Of a DNA stretch of 64,000 nucleotides, positions 55,266-64,000 are shown one piece after another. Below the pieces are notes generated by a model, which was not told where the DNA came from, ran no database searches, and worked only from the letters and a program-made list of their open reading frames with translations. Where the stretch lies: assembly GCF_006345805.1 (NCBI RefSeq), contig NC_043005.1, positions 68,696,001 through 68,760,000 of the forward strand, written 5' to 3'. The stretch comes from Octopus sinensis (lineage: Eukaryota). Position 1 is the stretch's first letter, and every line of letters begins with the position of its first letter. Made by a program: the position numbers and the translations under genes.

Positions 55266-55639
55266 AGCATCTACAACAACTTCTACCTTGCATTACAATT
55301 GTAAGTTTGTGATATTTCACTGTACCCCATTATTATCAACTTAGGGATTCATCGTTAGTAACAAAATCCTCATTATTAATCTGAAATTCATTAAATTTTC
55401 ACACAAGAAATCATGCATTCTCGTTCTTCATTGACTAGCTCGGAACCTTTATTGATTTGGCGATAATTATAGCTTTATTTAATGTTTAGTCACACTAATG
55501 TATTATATTAATTTATTTAATCAAATAGTTAATTCCCTACGTTATAAATTCAATTATTTATTATCTACTTATTCTATTCGTTTATACTTTTTCGCATATC
55601 AGATTTTATATTTAATAACTACACTTCCATAAATATAAT

Positions 55640-55960
55640 CTTATAAAATATAGTTATTATTGTAATTATTATGATTGTTGTTATTGTTGTTATTGTTGTT
55701 GTTGTTCTTCTTCTTCTTTATTATTTTTGCACAGCGCATAACGTTTCCGATGTACTACGGTCCCAGCTGTTCACTACTAGTGAAGTAAGGTAACACCTTT
55801 TATTTTTCGAGCACCATCTGGCAAGTGCTTCATTCTTATTGCAGCCCCTATTTGTTCTTATGTACTTCTCAAGATTTTTACTCACTGTTCCCAGGGCTCC
55901 GACAATTGCTGGTATTACGTTTTTCATCGACTACAACTGCTTAACCTCCCATACTAATCT
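55640..55960 (-). mobile_element. 3' end of an R4/Dong-like (restriction-like endonuclease) non-LTR retrotransposon
   Basis: VIPAIVGALGTVSKNLEKYI resembles the RLE C-terminal motif; ends in a (TAA/CAA/GAA)n tract. Confidence 0.75.
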
Positions 55961-56340
55961 ATTATATCTATCGACTTTTCTTTATTCCTTATCGCAAACT
56001 TTCTTGTAGCATCGTTTGCTTTCTTTCTCCATTAGCACTATAGCATCATTTGCTATTGGGCAGATTTCCCGCCCCCTTATATTGTGATTTAGGAGGGGTT
56101 TGTGAAAAACAAGGGGGAATTCGCTGCGGTCTTCAGTGAACAAATTAATGATACTGCCCGGCAGTGGCTAAAACGCGAACCGATCAAGTGTATGTATAAA
56201 TATTCATTTTATCTGCTTGTTTCCTTTTACACTATAGTAAAACAACGGCTGAAATTTTTGAAGCAGCACTGCCACTAATTTTATCTACCAGCTGCCTCTG
56301 ATTTGTAGTGTAAGTGTTGAGAATTAATGTCGTTTCCTAG

Positions 56341-56418
56341 AGCTTCAACACGTGGGAAGCAAAATTACTGGTGAAATTGCTCTATGCAACTATGAAGAAA
56401 ACTCTCAGAAGTCTTCTT
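56341..56418 (+). CDS. Candidate exon LQHVGSKITGEIALCNYEENSQKSS
   Basis: Acceptor aatgtcgtttcctag, donor T/gtaatt; phase 1-1 joins in frame to 56757. Confidence 0.35.
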
Positions 56419-56756
56419 GTAATTAATACTGGCCACTGAGAGGTGCTTTTTTTCCCTGGTGAGGCCATCTTCCAAATCATTCTCCTATTTAACATCTAAT
56501 GCCAAAATGCCAAAGTGTAGCCAGGCACCAGGCTTCTTCAAAAATGTTAACTTTCAATTTGGTTAAGAACTGGATAGCGTCACACTCTGAAATATGCTGG
56601 GTGTGGGTAAATTGTAGCCTTAATATTATTCAACAATCGTAGCTGAATAATATATGTTTGTGTGTAAGTAACATGGGTGAGAGACATCGTAAAGTAATAC
56701 ATTTATTACCTTTCATTGTGAGTATCGGGTACCTGTCTGTTTTGCTTTCTCCCCAG

Positions 56757-56847
56757 ATACGTGGGACAGCTTAGTTTTCAGTAGTCTCAGTAGAGGAGTA
56801 GGCAAACCCGAGCTAGTAGAAAAAAGTGTGCGTGGAGATTGGATATA
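56757..56847 (+). CDS. Candidate exon TWDSLVFSSLSRGVGKPELVEKSVRGDWI
   Basis: Strong acceptor ctgtctgttttgctttctccccag, donor TA/gtaagg, single open frame over 91 nt. Confidence 0.55.
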
Positions 56848-57561
56848 GTAAGGAATTAACAGCGGGGCTTTGCTCATCTATTAACTTATCAATATATATA
56901 TAGATTTCAATTCATCATCAGCATAGTTATACTTTAATGAAATCATAATCTGCTGTAGTAGTGTCTACAGTAGATTACAATCTCATTAATGAATGTGTTG
57001 TGTCAATAATCGGAAACAGAAAACTGGGACTATTATCACTCAGTATAGAGATACATGAGTAATAAATGATCAGATGGTGGAACTAGGGAATGAGAAAGAA
57101 GCGGAAAAGGAAATAAATGAAGACGGCACCAAGATAACATTTGATAGTTACTTGTATGTATACTCATGTGAATACACTTGCATACACACGTGACAAAGGA
57201 GAATCTATAGAGGCGTACGCATACCAAGATATCACGATATACTTTAGTCATAGGCATAGGTATGTAGAAATATATACAAACATCAATATATCGATGCTCA
57301 CATACACACACACAGAGGTACACCCATAAACAGACACACACACACCACACACACACACACACACACATACACACACATCCATGCAGACACCCACACATGT
57401 ATACCCAGATATACACACGCCCCATACAGGCGAATACGCAACAACATAGTCGCTAAATACGCATATAGTAACACAATGAAAAGATGATTTATACGCACAT
57501 ACGTAGATACACTTTAAACTAAATCGTAGAAACGAATACAATGGTACTATTTTAAAACAAC

Positions 57562-57960
57562 AAGGCGGAAACCTGGCAAAAACGTTAGCACGCCGGGCGA
57601 AATGCTTAGCGGTATTTCGTCTGACGCTACGTTCTGAGTTCAAATTCCGCCGAGGTCGACTTTGCCTTTCATCCTTTCGGGGGCGATTAAATAAGTACCA
57701 GTTACGCACTGGGGTCGATGAAAATCGACTTAATCCGTTTGTCTGTCCTTGTTTGTCCCCTCTGTGTTTAGCCCCTTGTGGGTAGAAAAGAAATAGGTAC
57801 TACGTACGTCTTTACGTTGTGAGTTGAAATTCCACCGAGGTCGACTTTGCATTTCATCCTTTCAGGGCCGATAAATTAAGTACCAGTTACGCACTAGGGT
57901 CGGTCTAATCGACTGGCCACCTGCCCCAAAATGTGGGGCCTTGTGCCTAGAGTAGAAAAA
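57562..57960 (+). mobile_element. Dimeric family A SINE, young
   Basis: Head, body and aatccgtttgtctgtcc...aaagaaatagg segment, then a second body ending ggccttgtgcctagagtagaaa. Confidence 0.95.
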
Positions 57961-58568
57961 AAAACTACTTGAAAACAACTGTAGACTAGTTACTTGATAG
58001 TTACTAATTTCTGACGTCCCTTTTATTAACGTAATTATGCATGTATGTATGTTTTCTTGCTTGCGTTTACCTACATATTTGATATATCTTTATTGTAATA
58101 TCTGTTCCATTGTATCGATTGTACCACTTACATTGGTGTATATCTCTCTGCAACTATTGTTTATTTATTTGGCATATGCAGGCATATCGACTATGGTGAT
58201 ACGTATTTTTATGTTTAGGCTGATCATACATCTAGCCATATACGTGTGTCTACATGAACGTGTCTGTGTGCAAATGTATATTTATATGTATGTACGCATG
58301 TATGTGTATGCATATTTAGTTGCATGTTTTTTTTGCAAATATTTACATATGTGTGCCTATGAACAAAATTATAAATCGATATGTTTAGCATGCTTCAGTC
58401 TATATATTTTATTTCTCATTTTTGGTGCGTGTTGACCCGAGTGACCTTCAGCTTTTACCTTAGTTACTCCATTTTTCTGTTTTCCTTTACTTCCTTTTTC
58501 TCTTCTTTCCACTTCCTTGGTTTCTTGATATAAGATTTATTACACTTTCTTTTTTTATCTATGCAAAG

Positions 58569-58631
58569 CATACTTTACATTGTTGACACAAACATAGGCG
58601 TTAATTTGATTAGAGACTGCAATAGCCACTA
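58569..58631 (+). CDS. Weak candidate exon ILYIVDTNIGVNLIRDCNSH
   Basis: Polypyrimidine acceptor ending gcaaag, donor CTA/gtaata, phase 2-2 compatible with 56757-56847. Confidence 0.25.
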
Positions 58632-60052
58632 GTAATATTTTAGAATGCTGCTTATGAAATGAAATCACTCCCTTGTCGAACTGGCTTACGTAGTCTGTGA
58701 GTAAGGCACACCACTTTTTTGTTCTGGTAGCGCGCTTTTCCATTCATCTGTATTGCAAATTCTATCCAACGGATAAGTCACATGCATTTGAGCAGAAAGC
58801 AGAAAGGAGAAATATGGCACATTCGCAATTCGTAAAGTACATCCGATGTTCTTTTGTAACAGTTATAGTCTTAGATGACCTCTTCTATCCCTTTTATTCA
58901 AAGATTTGATTATCACATATTATCACATTAAAAGCAACTTTTCTTGCTTCCGAAATGGAGTACTTCACCTGTCATTTTATTGGAATTTCCGATCTAATTT
59001 TGGCAAGGGACGAAATGGATTTGAATAATAAGTTTGTTCATTATTCCTGAAAAAAAGGACTCCAGCTCTTGTCCGCATTTTAAAAGTATGAACTGAAAGC
59101 GTGGGATTCCCTGTGTGTTTACGTGAGCCGTAAATTTTGCCGACTCGAACCGATCTTAGGGTGATATGACCGTTCCAACTAAGCCTCTGACAATATATAT
59201 TTTTGCTTAAAATTTTAGTGACCGTAACTTTTTTTTCCATTTTTAATTTGAAAAGTTCCCGTGACTATTAGAGTCTGAGTAGCCCTCTATTACGTCTATG
59301 AAGCTAAGTGTTCATGAGTAAGAAACCTTTGGTCACTCTAAGACCGACCGTATAGTTAACTTCCTATAAAGACATTACACTTTCGACGATTAAAGTGTAC
59401 TTCTTTTTTGGATATATGATATACTGACGACATATATATTTACACGCAAGAAACATAAATGATAGTTCACCAGTATTAACACTAATAATTATTCTCCTTC
59501 AAGCACCTATCTGAGAAATACACTCTTTATTACCCCTTACTCCTCATTAACTAGTTAGTAACTCAATTAGCTAATTATTTTTATTCAATGAAAAGTCCAT
59601 TTCCTGCGTCAATTTTTACTTATATTCACTTTCGTATGTATATGAGGCTAATTGTTTCTTATTAGTTTCACCACCCCGTCTAATAAATACTATTTTTACT
59701 AATGATATGTGTACATACATCTCTTGAAAACTTTATTAGTTGAAACTAAGATTCTTTATGATACTTTTATTCATATCATTCATAGTTTTTTGTTGAATCC
59801 CAATAAAACAATTCCAAACAAATCATTAGAACCATTGATTTCTTTAAGACGAAGGAACTTTCGGAGATTACGAATGTAATGCGCCCCACACCTCATTCCT
59901 TCCAAGATAACAATAATTAATAAAATAGTTATGAAAAAACCCTCCAGCACAATCTTAATTGTAAACGTTAAATGTATATCTGATACCGGAAATAGTGTTG
60001 TAACTTTCATTTTCTCTTTTTATTCATTTCATTGTTTAATGAAATATTTTGT

Positions 60053-60120
60053 GAGAGTTGCCGATTCTGATGAAAGGTCACTTCCTCCTTCCGGAAACCG
60101 GAGTAAAAATAGCAATTTTC
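60053..60120 (+). ncRNA. Type I hammerhead-like motif (third family)
   Basis: gagagttgc-cgatt CTGATGA AAGG...CCTT ccg GAAAC CGGA GTA aaaata-gcaattttc; distal stem I of 9 bp with GU pairs. Confidence 0.55.
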
Positions 60121-60295
60121 AGAATCCACAATAAACCAAAAGATTTAGTTCATACATACATAATGCATACATACTTACATACATACACATACATACACAC
60201 ATACATTCATATATACATATATACATATACATAAATACATATACATACACATAGATATACACACACACACATATATATGTAAGTATGTATGTATG

Positions 60296-60350
<55 letters not shown>

Positions 60351-60352
<2 letters not shown>

Positions 60353-61143
60353 CGAAATAAGCCACAAGGATATCCAGATGTAATGTAGTACGAACGTTTC
60401 ATGCAACTACATTCAATTGTACTATGCAACCATTACATTAATTCAAATGCAGAGCAATCCTCAGCTGCATGATGACATAGAATTTAATCAAATTAAAACA
60501 GATGGACACATTTGTAAAATTTTACCTAAAATCTCCATATGGTAGGGACAGAGAACATGCTGTCTTCACTTCAGTTTAGAAGCTACTAAGTTATCAGGAA
60601 GAAAGACTTGTTACAGATTTTGCTTGTCACTGTTTATGGGGTCAATTTTAATTTATGGACTAGTTTATCAAATCTTTGTATATATTTAAGGTCAAAAGAG
60701 CAAGGAGGAATGCTTGTTGATAGTTTTTATGATTATACCCATTATGATTCCTGTCGACACCCTCAGCCCACATCCCAACAGACATTGCTCCTTGCACTTT
60801 TGGCCTGAAATATAAAAAGAATTTATAAACTAGTCTACAAATTCAAACTGACCCCAGAAAACAGTGACAAGCAAAATCTGTAACAAATCTTTCTTCCTGA
60901 AAGCTTAGTAGCTTCTAAGCTGAAGTGAAGATAGCATGCTCTCTGTCCCTACATTCTTGGTGATCTTAGGTAAAATTTTACTAACGTGTGCATCTGTTTT
61001 CATTTAATTAAATTATATGTTGTTATACAGCTGAGGATTGTTCTGCATTTAAATTGATGTAATGATTGCATTGTTGAATTAAATGGATTTGCTTGAAACG
61101 ATCGTACTGCATTACATCTAGATAAACTTGTTGCTATTTGATT
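60351..61143. mobile_element. About 790-bp fold-back/MITE-like element with about 360-bp imperfect arms
   Basis: e.g. tgttacagattttgcttgtcactgttt versus aaacagtgacaagcaaaatctgtaaca; pairing continues to both ends; spacer about 60721-60772. Confidence 0.9.
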
Positions 61144-61256
61144 TTAATCACATTTTGAAATTGTATAGATATTACTGTACTAACTTTTGGCACCTCAACT
61201 TAAGTACCATATTCATCAGAATCTCTCTCTCACTCTCTTTGTATATATATATATAC

Positions 61257-61300
<44 letters not shown>

Positions 61301-61331
61301 TATATATTCAAATATAATATCCACACATATA

Positions 61332-61507
61332 AAAGGCGGTGAGATGGCAAAATGCTTAGCGGAATTTCGTCCCGCACTGTGTTCTGAGTTCAAATTCCGC
61401 CGATGTTGACTTCGCTGTGCCTCCTTTCGTCATTGATGCGATAAGTACTATTTGAGTTGTAATCGAGTTAACCCTCACCCAAAATTCCTGGCCGTGTGCA
61501 AACATTT
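61332..61507 (+). mobile_element. SINE family A
   Basis: aaggcggtgagatggc...gcttagcggaatttcg...gttctgagttcaaattccgccga. Confidence 0.9.
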
Positions 61508-61570
61508 ATGCCATAAATATATATACATGCACACAATACACGCGCACAAATATATATGGATGTACATGTG

Positions 61571-61609
<39 letters not shown>

Positions 61610-61830
61610 TAGAGAGTCAACAGGTGAGGACACAGTATGCTTAATATTGAAAGCACGTTGTAGTGGTCAAATGATTTGAGCTTAGATTTCAAAATATTTA
61701 TCGAGTAAATAAGTCCGTGGGTTAAAGAATGTCTATAAGCAGAATTCAGATGAGCTCTCCTGATGATAATGATGCCAATAAGAATTTAACAGGGTTCGGG
61801 CTGATATATTAAATATAAATACATACATAC

Positions 61831-61904
<74 letters not shown>

Positions 61905-61905
<1 letters not shown>

Positions 61906-62165
61906 GGACGGTTGATGGAATATACGATAATTTGTTATTAATCACGACAATTATTTCGAGAAATCTAGCGTTGAACCCTCACGTGTGGGCCATTCAAGAA
62001 ATGGTTCAGCAGCATCAGGCGGTGCAGATGTATCTCATCGGGTGATAAACAGAAGAAACTCGTTAAAATAACAGTTCCGCAATGTAACTTCACATTTTGT
62101 AGAAAGAAAATCTGCCAGGTGGAGGAAATATCTTGATTTACACAAAAGATCAGAATTAAAATCGC
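61905..62165 (-). mobile_element. About 260-bp repeat (probable PLE pseudo-LTR), second copy
   Basis: Homologous to 18652-18915; abuts (TA)n. Confidence 0.75.
61938..62049 (-). ncRNA. Type I hammerhead ribozyme-like RNA with extended stem II, copy 2
   Basis: tttatcac CCGATGA GATACATCTG...TAGATTTCTC GAAAT AATT GTC gtgattaa; stems I, II and III can all form. Confidence 0.65.
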
Positions 62166-62977
62166 AGATATATATATATGTACGACGAAAGATAAATGTT
62201 CCCTCTTTTTATGGAGACAAGAGTTTTTATGGAGACAAGACTGCAAAGAAAAGTGCTCAAATGTAATTGAGATGCAAATTAAAAAAACATTGATCAGAGA
62301 ACAAATATCAAACTCTAGTCAACGACTTTATACATAACGCTGTGCCTCCAAACATTTGATCATATGTAAATATTACCATAGTCTTTCAACATATAAAGAA
62401 TACATATATAAAAACCACAGGAGGTAAAATCTACAATATGCAAATAGAAATATAGATGCTTAGAAGGGCCTATCAAAAGTGTATATACAATCGACTAAAA
62501 TTCCTAAAGCGTGTCATGCGACTAAAAATCTAAATGAAATAATATATCAATTGACTAAAAAGATTTTTCTTACTCCCCTCAAACAAAAACATATATGTCA
62601 AAAGAGTTCATTTCTTAAAAAAACATAGTAGGTTGGAGTCCAGGAGCGTAAAAGAGTTCCACAAAATCCAGTCAAACACTATTTGGAGGCAATGGTGTTA
62701 TGTATAAAGTCGTTGAATCGAATGTGATGTTTTTTCTCTAATCTATTTTTTTAATACACATGTGTGTATGTGTATGTGTATTTATGTATATGTATATGTA
62801 TGAATATATTTATATATGCAAGAATGTGCGTGTGTATGTTTGTATGTAAATATGAAAAAATTCTTTTGTTTTTATGTACATTCTCGAAAAAACTTTCTCA
62901 CATTCCCGAGTGTCAAACTAATACATTAGCTTGTTATTTATACACCTGTCTAGGTCCTTTGTTTTTCTATAAATTTC

Positions 62978-63027
<50 letters not shown>

Positions 63028-63366
63028 CCTCCTTCATTCATCTATCTTATTATCATCAACTTTGTCACTATTTCGAACCATTGTATCATCCATCATCTAT
63101 CATCCCAGTAGCACAACATTTATATTCACAAACTAAATATATCCCCTAACTGTTGAAGACATGTTTGACAATATTTACCTCTTTTACACCATCTGTTAAC
63201 TGCCTTAGTAAATACTGCTACACAAATTTAACTTTTGTTTGCCAAGAGAGTCTGTTTGACAGTTTCCGTGAATAATGGTATATTTCCGTTTACTATACAA
63301 TTTAATAAATGTTACTCCAAAGAAACGTCCTGCACCCTACTTAACATTTTGCTCTGTTTCATTCAG

Positions 63367-63385
63367 TCTATTTTCAAATACTTCT
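63367..63385 (+). CDS. Weak candidate 19-nt micro-exon
   Basis: Acceptor cattttgctctgtttcattcag, donor TCT/gtaagt. Confidence 0.25.
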
Positions 63386-64000
63386 GTAAGTGCCCTACGT
63401 AACTGTTCATATATCAAGCTGCTTTCTACAGCAGGTGTGAAATACCATATTGTGAGATCATTAAGGACATGTAGCTTTTCCATTATGGACCTCATGTTTA
63501 TAGTTATCTATGCCAATTGGTTTTTCCTTTTACTGCGGTTACTGGTTGATCTTAAATAATAATCTTGGCTTTATAGTCAAACAGATTTAGTCCAAACTAT
63601 TTTGCGGCATTCCCATTGTGTTGAACTATTTACTGAGATTACTTGATGATAATCGCTATCAGCATTAATAATTTCAGAATGACATCAACATTTGCAGGAA
63701 CTCTTTTGAAAATATTATTACAAATATCAGTGTCTCTTGATTCCTAGCTACAAGGCCGTTTAAATTAATATCTAGTGCTTAAAGGAAACAGCAGAATATT
63801 CCCGAATTATGGCATATACCGTATATTCAAATATTCAAATATACTGACAAATATTTCAGTATACTTACAATAGAATTTTATAAATTTCTCTCATGCTGCA
63901 TACCACTAGGTTCACGCCCCCCATCATTCCTGCTGTTGCTCTTATAAATATATGAAAATGTTTGACCATGCGAAACAATGAATAAATTTGTCAATACATA

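Noticed and set aside
56055-56076. ATTGG plus TTTCCCGCCCCC promoter-like motifs
   Set aside because: Short motifs only, and they lie just upstream of internal-type exon candidates; no support for a start site
62207-62241. Short tandem duplications (also about 5211, 14976-15066, 48953, 51068, 51361)
   Set aside because: Ordinary slippage products with no further structure

Overview
Very AT-rich eukaryotic genomic DNA, dense in (TA)n, (CA)n, (TATC)n and (AG)n microsatellites and in several tRNA-derived SINE families. From recalled sequence similarity these look like octopus/coleoid cephalopod repeats (inference, not searched). No complete protein-coding gene can be named. Several plus-strand segments with strong AG/GT splice signals and open frames suggest one or more unidentified multi-exon genes, so most of the window may be intronic. 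Recognisable mobile DNA: about 20 SINE copies; LINE relics (CR1-group, RTE, R4/Dong-like); Penelope-like element (PLE) relics including an RT and a GIY-YIG piece; mariner relics; and four fold-back/inverted-repeat structures, among them a 1.9-kb unit with 622-bp near-identical arms built from subrepeats. The main structural signal is four hammerhead-ribozyme (HHR)-like motifs from three sequence families. One family has two diverged copies (18.7 kb and 62.0 kb) whose consensus rebuilds a full type I hammerhead with a long, branched, apparently covarying stem II insert. Nearly all listed ORFs are microsatellite or repeat artefacts. Repeat boundaries were read by eye and are approximate.
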